From positions 1 to 32,379 of IMG/VR virus record IMGVR_UViG_3300032233_000835: a DNA stretch of 32,379 nucleotides; one strand, given 5' to 3'. Made by a program: the position numbers and the translations under genes. The notes under the pieces are model-generated. The model ran no database searches and was not told the origin of the DNA. It was given only the letters and a program-made list of their open reading frames with translations. The stretch's first letter is position 1. Each line of letters starts with the position of its first letter. Source of the DNA: a virus. Its lineage: Duplodnaviria > Caudoviricetes. This document shows positions 1 through 9,738 of this stretch, piece after piece.

Positions 1-123
1 GTTGTTGAGTCAATGGTTTCCTAAAGATGACTTTGAATGGAAGAGTCAACTATTCTCTAAGCCATCAGCTGCTAAGAAAGGTGTTAAACAAACCAAGGCT
101 GAAGAAATACTAATAATGAACTA
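1..123. repeat. Terminal direct repeat, left copy (circular assembly overlap)
   Basis: Bases 1-123 are identical to 32257-32379, and a gene reads through the junction. Confidence 0.95.
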
Positions 124-130
124 TGTATGA
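1..130 (+). CDS. 3' end of the Dam-like adenine methyltransferase that starts at 31538 and crosses the origin
   Basis: The frame from 31538 continues ...EEILIMNYV and stops at TGA 128-130 once the genome is circularised. Confidence 0.85.
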   Translation, partial: LLSQWFPKDDFEWKSQLFSKPSAAKKGVKQTKAEEILIMNYV

Positions 131-356
131 ATATGATAATAAAGAGTTGAAGTCCTTGTTAAGTCAAGGCTTCTCTTTTACTGATTCTTGGCACAAACAT
201 AATAAAGAAGAATATAAAGAGTTTATTCTATTCTTTAAAGATCAAGAAGTGCTAAGATGGAGAACTGATATGGGAATCTGTAATGATTTGGTTGCAATAA
301 TAAAAAAATATATCTCTGATAAAAGAGACCAAAAACTTACTGAGCTTGGAATCTAA
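123..356 (+). CDS. Hypothetical protein with C-terminal RDQKLTELGI tag
   Basis: 77-aa ORF overlapping the MTase stop and coupled to TerL by TAATG. Confidence 0.75.
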   Translation: MYEYDNKELKSLLSQGFSFTDSWHKHNKEEYKEFILFFKDQEVLRWRTDMGICNDLVAIIKKYISDKRDQKLTELGI

Positions 357-1525
357 TGGAAATATCTATAGAACACACTAATGTATTCACAAGAAACTTT
401 GAGGCACTAAACAATGAAAATATAAGGTTTGTAATAAACCAAGGTTCTACCCGTTCAAGTAAGACCTATTCATTGTGCCAACTAATGATTGTTTATTGTT
501 TGAATAACCCAAACAAACTTGTGAGTATTGTTAGAAAGTCATTTCCTTCTCTTAGAGCCACCGTTTATAGAGATATGATAGATATACTCACAGAGTTAAA
601 GATATACTCTGAGAAGTTTCATAACAAGACAGAAAACATATACACATTTCCTAATGGTTCAAGAATGGAGTTCTTCTCATTAGATGATTCACAAAAGGTA
701 AGAGGTAGAAAAAGAGATATCTTATGGGCTAATGAAAGCAATGAGTTATCATTTGAAGAGTTCAACCAGTTAAACTTTAGAACTGGTGAGAAACTCTTTT
801 TTGACTTCAACCCTTCTGATACAGAACATTGGTTGTATGAACTTATTGAAAAAGACAATGGAACTTTAATACACTCTACATACAAAGACAATACATTCCT
901 ATCAAGAGACCTTGTTAAAGAGATTGAAGAACTTATTAAAGTAGATCAAGACTACTATAACATATACGCACTTGGTTTACCATCTAAATCAAATCATGTT
1001 GTTTATTCTCATCAAAAGGTTTATGATCTATGTCCTGAACCACAAGAAACTATTTATGGACTTGACTTTGGTTATGCCCACCCTACGGCACTTATAAAGT
1101 GTGACTTCTATGAGAATGAAGTATTTGTTAGTGAGGTTATCTATGAAAGTTATTTGACCACTGATGAGTTGATTGAAAGAATGAACCTATTGGAAATAAA
1201 CAAAAGAATAACAATAGTGGCAGATTATGCCAGACCTGAGATAATAGAACAGATAAGAAGAGCTGGCTACAATATACACAATGCAATCAAGAATGTTAAA
1301 GAAGGTATTGATGCTGTTAAGTCTATTGGACTTAACTATCATTTTGAAAGTAAAAATATAGCCAGAGAGTTTAGAAACTACAAATGGAAGGTTATAAATG
1401 ATAAGATACAAGATGAACCTGTAAAACTACATGATGATGCTCTTGACGCGATCCGTTATGCAGTTCTGTATAAAAGAAAGATGGGTGGTTCCGCCAGTGA
1501 TATCTATGATTTCGGGTATCTCTAA
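356..1525 (+). CDS. terL: Terminase large subunit (PBSX-like)
   Basis: Walker A-like QGSTRSSKT, Walker B-like ILWANE, FNP coupling motif, nuclease-domain GLDFGY and HDDALDAIRY. Confidence 0.95.
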   Translation: MEISIEHTNVFTRNFEALNNENIRFVINQGSTRSSKTYSLCQLMIVYCLNNPNKLVSIVRKSFPSLRATVYRDMIDILTELKIYSEKFHNKTENIYTFPNGSRMEFFSLDDSQKVRGRKRDILWANESNELSFEEFNQLNFRTGEKLFFDFNPSDTEHWLYELIEKDNGTLIHSTYKDNTFLSRDLVKEIEELIKVDQDYYNIYALGLPSKSNHVVYSHQKVYDLCPEPQETIYGLDFGYAHPTALIKCDFYENEVFVSEVIYESYLTTDELIERMNLLEINKRITIVADYARPEIIEQIRRAGYNIHNAIKNVKEGIDAVKSIGLNYHFESKNIAREFRNYKWKVINDKIQDEPVKLHDDALDAIRYAVLYKRKMGGSASDIYDFGYL

Positions 1526-1530
1526 AAACA

Positions 1531-1556
1531 AGAGAAGATATAGTATTTAATATATA
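1531..1556 (+). promoter_or_regulatory. Class II promoter-like motif AGAG-N13-TAATATATA
   Basis: AGAGAAGA-N9-TAATATATA with the same boxes and spacing as the copy at 30007; lies just upstream of the sigma-like gene. Confidence 0.55.
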
Positions 1557-1560
1557 CTAT

Positions 1561-2157
1561 ATGACTAACAAAGAATATAAGAAAATAGTTGATACATTCC
1601 TATCAACAAGATATGACTTTCTTTGTGAGTGTGCGCGTAATATAACTTTCAAAATGAAAACAGATCACACAGAACTTGTATCGGAACTGGCAATCTTTTT
1701 ATATGAGAATAAAGAGAAGTTGGAACCATATATGGACTCTAAAATGTTAGAAGGGTTTTCTGTTAGTTGGTTGAAAATACAAGGAAGACATAAGACAAGC
1801 CCATTCAACAGAAAGTGTTTATATCAGAATGATAAGATGACCGATCAGATACCTGATTTAGAAGCACCAGAACAATCAACAGAAACAGAAGACCCTTACA
1901 TAACAGATTTAAGGAATGTTTACACAGATGAACAGATAGAAAATATACTCAAAATACACGAGATATACCCAGCCTTACACCCATCACACCAAATACTATT
2001 CAAGGCTTACTTCATTGAAGACCTAACTTATGATAAGATTAAAGACAAGTATACATTCTACAAAGTGGTGAATGGTAAGAAGATAAACTATAAATCAAAG
2101 TATTCAATCCATAAAATGATGGTGGACTTGAAAAAAGAAATAAAAAAGAAACTATGA
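1561..2157 (+). CDS. ECF-type RNA polymerase sigma factor-like protein
   Basis: Size 198 aa; region-2-like ELVSELAIFLYE; region-4-like LHPSHQILFKAYFIEDLTYDKI...SKYSIHKMMVDLKKEIKK. Confidence 0.6.
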   Translation: MTNKEYKKIVDTFLSTRYDFLCECARNITFKMKTDHTELVSELAIFLYENKEKLEPYMDSKMLEGFSVSWLKIQGRHKTSPFNRKCLYQNDKMTDQIPDLEAPEQSTETEDPYITDLRNVYTDEQIENILKIHEIYPALHPSHQILFKAYFIEDLTYDKIKDKYTFYKVVNGKKINYKSKYSIHKMMVDLKKEIKKKL

Positions 2158-2411
2158 ATGAAATAATCTTTTGGAGTTGCGTTGGCTGGCTCCTACAAGT
2201 TGCTGAGCCTATTCTACACATAAAAAGATATCTTGGCTTTAAAGTTGAAGAATATGATAAACCAGAATACAAGAATATGAGATGGTTACATAGATTGATA
2301 TACTGCACAACCTGTTTAACATTCTGGGTAGTTTTAATATCTACTTGGAGTATTTACATTGCGTGTGTATCATCGGTTGTAGCCACTATTATAGAAAAAA
2401 TAAATAAGTAA
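2154..2411 (+). CDS. Small membrane protein with CxxCxxFW motif
   Basis: Hydrophobic segments, CTTCLTFW, ATGA overlap with the upstream gene. Confidence 0.7.
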   Translation: MNEIIFWSCVGWLLQVAEPILHIKRYLGFKVEEYDKPEYKNMRWLHRLIYCTTCLTFWVVLISTWSIYIACVSSVVATIIEKINK

Positions 2412-2412
2412 A

Positions 2413-2613
2413 ATGAAAGAACTAAACAAAGAACTAATGATTCTCCTTGATGAGTTAAGGGGAAAAGATTTCATAGATGCAGGTCAGTGCACCAGAATGT
2501 TTAACCTAAACAATGCAATCTTTCCTGATTTAAAGGAATGGACACCATCTTGTGGTGCTTGTAGAGAAAGAGTTTACAACAGATTAGTAGACTACGCTAA
2601 AAACATAAAATAG
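2413..2613 (+). CDS. Small CxxC protein
   Basis: 66 aa with SCGACRERVY; tightly packed in the operon. Confidence 0.7.
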   Translation: MKELNKELMILLDELRGKDFIDAGQCTRMFNLNNAIFPDLKEWTPSCGACRERVYNRLVDYAKNIK

Positions 2614-2627
2614 AAAAAATATATTTA
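2599..2627 (+). promoter_or_regulatory. Class I (putative late) promoter AAAAAC-N15-TATATTTA
   Basis: AAAAAC 2599-2604 and TATATTTA 2620-2627; one of 7 copies with the same spacing. Confidence 0.75.
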
Positions 2628-2632
2628 ATCAT

Positions 2633-3244
2633 ATGAATAAGAAAGAAAAATCTTGGAAAGACATCACATTAAAGATGGCAATAGAACTGATTCAGTTAAG
2701 TCCTGAAAATGACCTTGATCTGATAGTGAATAGACTTGCTATATTAAAAGACCAAGACCCTGCTGATATTGAGAAAATGAGTTTTGATGATATCACAAAA
2801 GAATACAAAGATTGGAACTTTGTTGGAACATTACCAGAACAAAGAAAAGATGAAACATTCAAATGGAATGGAGTTAGATATGGTAGAGTAAACTTTGCCA
2901 AGATATCATTGGCACAAATGGTAGACATTGAAGAGTTCTACGCAATGGGTTTCTTAGAGAATGTTCACAACATACTTTCTATATTGTATTTACCAGTAAA
3001 GAGTTACAACTATATTACAAAGAAGTATACATTGGAAACTTATGAGTTCAACCAAGAGGTTGCCGACTCATTTTTAGATATAGATTTTGACTTTGTTTAT
3101 GGCAATCTTCTTTTTTTTTGGACTATCGCAAGGGTTTATACCAGCAGTTTGAAGGATTATTTAATCAAGAAGAACCAGACGGAGATGATGAAAGTATCAC
3201 AGATAATGGGGATAGACCAGGGTTTGCTGAGACACAAAGAATAG
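2633..3244 (+). CDS. Tail assembly chaperone (G-like, unshifted product)
   Basis: Acidic 203-aa ORF containing a T9 slippery run that opens onto a -1 ORF; heads the tail gene block. Confidence 0.7.
   Translation: MNKKEKSWKDITLKMAIELIQLSPENDLDLIVNRLAILKDQDPADIEKMSFDDITKEYKDWNFVGTLPEQRKDETFKWNGVRYGRVNFAKISLAQMVDIEEFYAMGFLENVHNILSILYLPVKSYNYITKKYTLETYEFNQEVADSFLDIDFDFVYGNLLFFWTIARVYTSSLKDYLIKKNQTEMMKVSQIMGIDQGLLRHKE
3111..3119 (+). other. Programmed -1 ribosomal frameshift site (T TTT TTT)
   Basis: T9 run read as CTT TTT TTT TGG in frame 0; the -1 frame is open from 3118 to 3393. Confidence 0.75.
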
Positions 3245-3393
3245 AAGAAGAAAAGAAACAATCAAAATGGAACTGGATAGGCATCATTTATAGGTTGTGT
3301 GACGGAGATATAACAAAAACAGAACAAGTAGTAGATAAAACATTTATTGAATGCTTGGTTTGGATGAGTTACCAAAAAGAAATGAATAAATAA
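3118..3393 (+). CDS. C-terminal part of the frameshifted tail chaperone (GT-like, about 253 aa in total)
   Basis: No ATG start of its own; it begins at the slippery site in the -1 frame and fills the gap to the next gene at 3395. Confidence 0.7.
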   Translation: MDYRKGLYQQFEGLFNQEEPDGDDESITDNGDRPGFAETQRIEEEKKQSKWNWIGIIYRLCDGDITKTEQVVDKTFIECLVWMSYQKEMNK

Positions 3394-3394
3394 A

Positions 3395-3823
3395 ATGACT
3401 TACAATCAAATACTTAAAAGATTTGAGGAACTACAAGGAGCAAACCCTTTCTTGAAAAGGTTTGGTTCTGGTGATATCACACAAATGGATGCTATCTTGC
3501 CAGAAAGTATTGAATACCCGTTTATGTGGGTTGTTCCACAAAATATGGAGGTTGGTGACCATACCATTACTTATAGATTCAGAGTTCTTATCTTTGACCA
3601 AGATAGCACTGATGATTCGCATCAACAAGAGATACTATCAGACACATTGAGAATATGCCAAGATATAATCTCTAACTTTAAATCAACTACACAAGATGAT
3701 GTTGAAGTTGATACACCGATACAATGTTTACCATTTACAGAAAGATTTGTTGATTATGTAGCTGGGTGGTATTTTGATATAAATATAATAGCAACCTCTC
3801 CGTCAGATTGCGACCCATACTAA
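3395..3823 (+). CDS. Putative tail terminator/completion protein
   Basis: Acidic 142 aa with YPFMWV and alternating beta-strand pattern; position in the tail block. Confidence 0.5.
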   Translation: MTYNQILKRFEELQGANPFLKRFGSGDITQMDAILPESIEYPFMWVVPQNMEVGDHTITYRFRVLIFDQDSTDDSHQQEILSDTLRICQDIISNFKSTTQDDVEVDTPIQCLPFTERFVDYVAGWYFDINIIATSPSDCDPY

Positions 3824-3824
3824 G

Positions 3825-4295
3825 ATGAGTGATACAAGATTATTAGAAGATTTAACTGGAATAGCAGTAGGTATTGTTAAAGAGATGAAAAACATCATCA
3901 AACTTAATGGTGCCTTTGCTACTGGCAATCTTTATAACTCTGTTAAATACAAAGTATACAAAGACAAGAGCGAGAAGTTTCATATGGAAGTAGATTATGT
4001 TTACTATGGTCTTTTCATTGATATGGGTAGAAAACCTGGTAAACAACCACCATTGAGAGATATTCAAGAATGGTGTAGAATAAAAGGTATTCCACAAGAA
4101 GCTGCTTTCGCTATCGCAAGAAAGATTGGTAGATTTGGTTTCAAAGGTATAAACTTCACAAAACCATTTGAAGACGATCAAGCTGTAGTTGCCAAGATAA
4201 TGAAAGAGATGGGTAAAGACTTTGCCGATGATGCCGTAGAACAAATACTAAGAGATGTAAAATACTTTGATAAAACCTATAGAACCAAAAAATAA
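3825..4295 (+). CDS. Putative neck/tail-completion protein (HK97 gp10-like)
   Basis: ATGNLYNSV, YGLFIDMGRKPGKQPP and AFAIARKIGRFG motifs typical of this virion morphogenesis family. Confidence 0.6.
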   Translation: MSDTRLLEDLTGIAVGIVKEMKNIIKLNGAFATGNLYNSVKYKVYKDKSEKFHMEVDYVYYGLFIDMGRKPGKQPPLRDIQEWCRIKGIPQEAAFAIARKIGRFGFKGINFTKPFEDDQAVVAKIMKEMGKDFADDAVEQILRDVKYFDKTYRTKK

Positions 4296-4304
4296 AATAA
4301 AGAT

Positions 4305-6449
4305 ATGCCAGTTCAAATACTAAACAGACCTTATGCTGGTCTAACACCAAAGATAACACCAGTTTACAATGGTATAGCATTCACACTTGATTCAACTTTA
4401 AAGTTAAAGCCTAACTTTAAGTATATTGCTGAGATATATGTTGATAACAACAAAGTTACCGAGTTGAGACACCACCCAGATATTTCACATGATAATAAAG
4501 GTGTGTTTGAAGTTGGTAGAGTTATTGAAAACTTTATCGGTTATGATATAGAACTTCAGTCAAATGCTGGAACCTACAATGGTGAAAGAACTAATAGAAG
4601 ATACTATGTTGAGTTTGGTGAAGAATATTCATCTGCCAACCCAATAATAAAAGTAACTCCTAATGATTCAACTTCATTTAGAATCTATTCAAGTGATAGT
4701 GCTGCTTTTAATATTTGGAATGTAGGCAACTATGTCTTGATTGGTGGTTCTGATGTAAGTTCCTACAATGGTTGGGCTAAGATAACATCTATATCTGGAA
4801 ACTCTGCTATTGTTACAGGTCTTGGACCATTCACAACAACTCCTTCATATTTAAATATGTATTACTACCAAGGTTATTCAAGCACAAGCATACCAACTGG
4901 TGCGTGGGGTTATCAAAATGTAGGTGGAACTAACTTCTTAACTCTTTGTGTTTCTACTAACAATGTATCTGGTTCTACAGGTTATGATAGAGTAAAGTTG
5001 TATGTTGGAAATAAAGTTATCATAAAACAAACAAGTGCTGGAACTCAACAAGTAGGTCAACAATACTATGAGAACAATGAGTTTACAATAACAAGTAAAA
5101 CAATAACAAATGTTGGTGGTCAAGCATGTGTTAGATTGAGATTTGATGCTCCTTACGCAGGTGTGATGCCAGCTGGTATTATAGGAACCGTTATCACAAA
5201 AGACAATGTTGTGAACAAAGGACAAGCATCTACATCAGGTGACTTATCATATACTTTTAATGGAGCTTTACAATATCAAGAATACTTAGATTGGACACCA
5301 ACTCCTTATTTATGGAATGGTTCAACTTCAAAGTTTCTTACTAAAAGACCTGATTCATTGAAAACAATAAATGTTTGTGGTGATGAACACTGGACTTTGA
5401 CTACATTCGGAACAGCTCAGAATGCTGGTAGTACAAACTATAAAGTTCAAACAGAAACTTGGTCTACTACATTGCCTTATGGTGCAACAGGATCAATGTC
5501 TACAGGAACATATGGTTGGAGAATATCTATTCCGACTTCTGTTGCATCATCTTACAATATAGGGGATTATGTAACAATAACTTCTCCAAGCAATGGAACA
5601 AGAACAGGACAAGTAGCTACAAAGTCTGTATCAGGATCCACAACCTTTATTAGTATAAACTCTGGTGGTGCTCCAATAGTAGAGACAGGAACTATTACAA
5701 GAAATATAGCGGTTAAGTATTACAACCTACCAGTTCAAGGAACATCTACAATACAAGCATGTGGACCTAAAAACTATAAACAAAGTGCTTACGCAGAGTT
5801 TTTAAATGGTTCTTGCTACAAATATTTTGTTAGAATAGTAGGTAATAGCATTACTTCTACACCTTGGAATCCATATTCAGTTCAAAAGTCGGAAACTTGG
5901 ACTTTCAACATATCTTGTGATTGTTCTACTAAGACAAAATACAAACTTATGTGGTTGAACGAACTTGGTGGCTGGGACTTCTATACATTTGATTTGGGAA
6001 GCAATAAATCATTGGTGATAGAAAAGTCTATCTATCAAAAGAAACTAAAGGAAATCAAATCTAACAACGCTTATACATATACTCAAGGAAATAGAGGAAG
6101 AACTACTTATGATACAAAGTCAACTTTGAACTATGTTGTTAGATCAAACTTCTTGACTCAAGAAAAGATTGAGTGGTTGTCTTGGTTGTATGAGTCTCCA
6201 GAAGTTTATTGGATTGATGAGACAAACAACAAACTACACCCTATTGTTGTTAAGGCAACTAATGTTGATATACCTAACAAACAGAATGCTGGAGATGCTG
6301 GACACCTTTATATATACACCGTTGAGTTTGAAACGGCTTATGATAGAACTATTCAAAGAGGTGGTGATATTCAGTATGTGGCTCAATCAACCAACACTCC
6401 TGGTGTTGGTGGTAACCAATGGGGTGATTATAGTATAAGCTACTATTAA
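4305..6449 (+). CDS. Structural tail protein (distal-tail-like)
   Basis: 714 aa, beta-rich and S/T/G-rich; C-terminal LMWLNELGGWDFYTF...LYESPEVYW module; precedes the hub-like gene. Confidence 0.6.
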   Translation: MPVQILNRPYAGLTPKITPVYNGIAFTLDSTLKLKPNFKYIAEIYVDNNKVTELRHHPDISHDNKGVFEVGRVIENFIGYDIELQSNAGTYNGERTNRRYYVEFGEEYSSANPIIKVTPNDSTSFRIYSSDSAAFNIWNVGNYVLIGGSDVSSYNGWAKITSISGNSAIVTGLGPFTTTPSYLNMYYYQGYSSTSIPTGAWGYQNVGGTNFLTLCVSTNNVSGSTGYDRVKLYVGNKVIIKQTSAGTQQVGQQYYENNEFTITSKTITNVGGQACVRLRFDAPYAGVMPAGIIGTVITKDNVVNKGQASTSGDLSYTFNGALQYQEYLDWTPTPYLWNGSTSKFLTKRPDSLKTINVCGDEHWTLTTFGTAQNAGSTNYKVQTETWSTTLPYGATGSMSTGTYGWRISIPTSVASSYNIGDYVTITSPSNGTRTGQVATKSVSGSTTFISINSGGAPIVETGTITRNIAVKYYNLPVQGTSTIQACGPKNYKQSAYAEFLNGSCYKYFVRIVGNSITSTPWNPYSVQKSETWTFNISCDCSTKTKYKLMWLNELGGWDFYTFDLGSNKSLVIEKSIYQKKLKEIKSNNAYTYTQGNRGRTTYDTKSTLNYVVRSNFLTQEKIEWLSWLYESPEVYWIDETNNKLHPIVVKATNVDIPNKQNAGDAGHLYIYTVEFETAYDRTIQRGGDIQYVAQSTNTPGVGGNQWGDYSISYY

Positions 6450-6493
6450 AACATGTAACATCATGATATAATAACTAAAATAATAATATAAAA

Positions 6494-9400
6494 ATGGATA
6501 TAGCAATAAATGTAGCAAATGTAGCAGGAACTATCAAAGGAACCTTAGATATAGGTGATGCTGATTTGAATATGATATTTCAACTTTCAGATGTTACTGA
6601 ACCACAAAAGAGAAAAGCAAACTATGTTAGAAAGTTTACTATTCCTGGAACAAAGAACAACAACCAACTATTCAATGGTATATTTGAACAAGGTTACTCA
6701 GTGCACTTATTAAACCCTAATAAGAAACTAAACGCACAAGTTGTCTTTAATGGAAATATAGTATTTGAAGGAGCACTTCAACTTAACAGAATAATAAAGA
6801 ATAATGATAGTCAAAAAATAGGTTATGAGATTACTATCTATGGTTCTCTTGCCGATTTCTTCAATGATATAAAAGATGCCAAACTTAGCGATATAGATTT
6901 CTCTGAATACAACCACAATATGATCAGAGAAAACATTATGGCTTCTTGGGCTTACAAAGTTCCTTATTACATTAAGAACGCAACAACTACTCCATTAGGT
7001 GGTCAGTATACTGCTAAAACAATGGATGGTTTCATTATAAAGAATGGTGTTAAACAACCATTTATGTTAGGAGAAGGTTATGTTTACCCCTTCATAAACA
7101 AAGGACAAACTTCTATGAACCTTGGAACATCTACACTTGACTGGACACCAGCAATGTATGTTAGAACTATAATGAGAAAGATATTTGATAAGTATGGTTG
7201 GAAATGGAGATCAAGGTTTTTTGATTCAGAAACATTCAAGAAACTTATCATTCCTTATGGTAAGGAAAAGATTACAGATGACTTCTTTGCTTCTTTGAGC
7301 AAGACAGAGAAAACACAGGTTCTCTCTCAGTTTATTGCGAATGTTGGAACACCAACAAGTCCAGGTATTCAACTTGGACCTAACATGGTTCCTACATTGG
7401 CTCGTAAGATAAACAACAACCTAATAAAGTTTACAAATGATACTATTGAGCCAGGCAAGGATGATGGTGGCTTATATGATCCAACTACAGGTTTCTTTAC
7501 ACCAGCACAAACATTCAACTATGGTTTATATGGCAACATAGTTCTTACGGTTCAAATGGTTCCTCAAAGTGCAATCTCTATTAAATATGTTGGTAAGAAC
7601 ATACCAGCAAAAGTAAAGTTGTGTGATGTTACTAACTGGAACCCATCTGGAGCACCATCAACAAACAATGGAACAACTACTATTGGAACTGGAACTATTG
7701 TAGAGTTGGCTTCCAAATCAGTTTCTTTTCCTGTGGAAGGAGTATCTTTTGGACCAAATGGAACATCAACGGTAACTGCGTTTGTTCCGTATACAGGACA
7801 ACTTACGGCTGGTAGAAAATACGCAGTTCTTGTAGATTGGGAAATACCTGCTGGTAGTTACGCATCAGCCTTCATAAATCAAGGGACTGGTCAGGTTATT
7901 GGTGGTCAAATAAAACTATTCGCATCTGGTGGTAGTCCTGTTCCATCTCAAACAGATAGTTCAAGATTTTATGCAACGGTAACACAAAACTCGGTTGAGT
8001 ATAATCAAACCGTGAATATGAACAAGGTTCTTGATAGTTCTATTAGAATAGCAGATTTCATTGTTAGTATAAACAACTTGTTTAATCTTTATTGGAAGTC
8101 AACTGGCAATGATAGAGAGTTTATTATTGAACCAAGAGATACTTTCTACAACAACACAAATATTAGAGATTGGACTGATAAGATTGATAATGCTGAGAAT
8201 GTTACTATTGAACCACTTTATGAACTTACTGCCAACAAGTATTCATTTGCCTATATGGAAGATGGTGACTATTTAAATGATGACTACCAATCAATCTATT
8301 CAACAACACACGGTTCAAAAAGGATTGAAGTTGATAATGACTTTATTGATAATGAAGAAATGATATCTCCAAAGTTTGCAGCATCTCCACAATATCAGTT
8401 TGCTGGAACAGAAATAGTTTCTCCTGCTTTCATTAGAAAAGACGCGACTAAATACTCGGTTACGGCAGTTAAGTCAAGAATACTTTTCTATGGTGGTTTG
8501 ATACCTACAAAGAGATCATCTATTTCAACACTTATTGATTTTTCACAAGCATCAGGAAATAAATATGTTGTTTTTGATAGTGATAGACCATCTCTTTACT
8601 TTGATAACTACCCTTATTGTGGACACAATGACCACCCATTCAACCCAACTCAAACATTGGAATATGGTATGTCAAAGAAGTTGTATTATGATATGCAAGC
8701 TCTTAACGCGACTATTACCAACAATAACTTGTTTAATGTTTATTGGAGAAAGCAGTTCTTGGAACAAACAGATCCAGATAGTCATTTACTAACGGCTACT
8801 TGTATTTTAACGGCACTTGATATACAAACATTAGACCTTACTGGTATAATAGAAGTAAACTTTATCAAATATAGAATAAACAAAATAACTTACAACCCAA
8901 TAACATATATTGCGGAAGTTCAACTTGTTAAGAAACTTGATACAGCACCATTCACACCTTCATATATGAGTTATTCTGATGTTATCGGTTGGTCTCCTAA
9001 CCCAGGTAGTAATACAGGAGTTCAAACTGGTGGTGTAACTCCTTGGAGACCTTGGAGACAAGAATGGGATGTTCCGCTTACTAACCCTTGGGAAGATAAT
9101 CCTAATGTATGGGGAACGCCTTGGATGACTCCGCAGATCGGTATACAAGATTGGGGAACTGCTGTATTCCAAGCAAGAGAAATATCAAATACACAAAATC
9201 TACCATTTTCTCCAGCTCCTATTCCAAACAACATATCTGGTAAAATGAGACAAAACTCATTTGTTGACTTTCCACCTGAACCATCATTTACTTTGTTTGA
9301 TTCTACTACAACAAATGTTTTCTACAGACAGCAAAATCAAATAGTTCAAGGTGAAAACAACAGAATAGCTCCAGGTGTTACAGAAGCTGTTGTGAGAGGT

Positions 9401-9688
9401 AGTAACAATACTATTTCTTCAAACGCTAGAAAAGTTTCTATAACTGGTGATAACAACTCTGTTCAAGCTGGTGTTGAAAATGTTACTATTGTTGGTAGTG
9501 GTCATGTTGTAAGTGAAAGCAATGTTTCTATTATACAAGGTGTTAGAATGCAGAATGGTAGAGTTCAAAACAACAAACTACCACTTATTTCTGGAAATGG
9601 AAATGAGGCAAGTTCTTGTTTAATATCTGGTGGAATAAACAATGTTCTTATTGGAGCTGGACTTATCATGCCATCAAACGAATCATAA
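6494..9688 (+). CDS. Large tail-tip/baseplate-hub-like structural protein
   Basis: 1064 aa; N-terminal KFTIPGTKNNNQLF, internal YVYPFIN and FIIEPRDTFY; C-terminal GxNNx[IV] repeats. Confidence 0.65.
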   Translation: MDIAINVANVAGTIKGTLDIGDADLNMIFQLSDVTEPQKRKANYVRKFTIPGTKNNNQLFNGIFEQGYSVHLLNPNKKLNAQVVFNGNIVFEGALQLNRIIKNNDSQKIGYEITIYGSLADFFNDIKDAKLSDIDFSEYNHNMIRENIMASWAYKVPYYIKNATTTPLGGQYTAKTMDGFIIKNGVKQPFMLGEGYVYPFINKGQTSMNLGTSTLDWTPAMYVRTIMRKIFDKYGWKWRSRFFDSETFKKLIIPYGKEKITDDFFASLSKTEKTQVLSQFIANVGTPTSPGIQLGPNMVPTLARKINNNLIKFTNDTIEPGKDDGGLYDPTTGFFTPAQTFNYGLYGNIVLTVQMVPQSAISIKYVGKNIPAKVKLCDVTNWNPSGAPSTNNGTTTIGTGTIVELASKSVSFPVEGVSFGPNGTSTVTAFVPYTGQLTAGRKYAVLVDWEIPAGSYASAFINQGTGQVIGGQIKLFASGGSPVPSQTDSSRFYATVTQNSVEYNQTVNMNKVLDSSIRIADFIVSINNLFNLYWKSTGNDREFIIEPRDTFYNNTNIRDWTDKIDNAENVTIEPLYELTANKYSFAYMEDGDYLNDDYQSIYSTTHGSKRIEVDNDFIDNEEMISPKFAASPQYQFAGTEIVSPAFIRKDATKYSVTAVKSRILFYGGLIPTKRSSISTLIDFSQASGNKYVVFDSDRPSLYFDNYPYCGHNDHPFNPTQTLEYGMSKKLYYDMQALNATITNNNLFNVYWRKQFLEQTDPDSHLLTATCILTALDIQTLDLTGIIEVNFIKYRINKITYNPITYIAEVQLVKKLDTAPFTPSYMSYSDVIGWSPNPGSNTGVQTGGVTPWRPWRQEWDVPLTNPWEDNPNVWGTPWMTPQIGIQDWGTAVFQAREISNTQNLPFSPAPIPNNISGKMRQNSFVDFPPEPSFTLFDSTTTNVFYRQQNQIVQGENNRIAPGVTEAVVRGSNNTISSNARKVSITGDNNSVQAGVENVTIVGSGHVVSESNVSIIQGVRMQNGRVQNNKLPLISGNGNEASSCLISGGINNVLIGAGLIMPSNES

Positions 9689-9715
9689 AAACAGATAATG
9701 TATAATATATATTTA
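9687..9715 (+). promoter_or_regulatory. Class I promoter AAAAAC-N15-TATATTTA
   Basis: AAAAAC 9687-9692 and TATATTTA 9708-9715, followed by TGATATAAAA as in the copy at 23084. Confidence 0.75.
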
Positions 9716-9738
9716 TGATATAAAAAGAAAAGTAAAAT

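Noticed and set aside
1-123. 123-bp terminal repeat as a biological direct terminal repeat
   Set aside because: It falls in the middle of the Dam-like gene and is best explained as assembler overlap on a circular or permuted genome; read-end mapping would be needed.
6446-6474. AAAAC-N14-TATAATAA, and GAAAAC-N14-TATACTAA near 15943, as further class I promoters
   Set aside because: The spacer is one base short and the second box has two mismatches; possible weak sites but not supportable.
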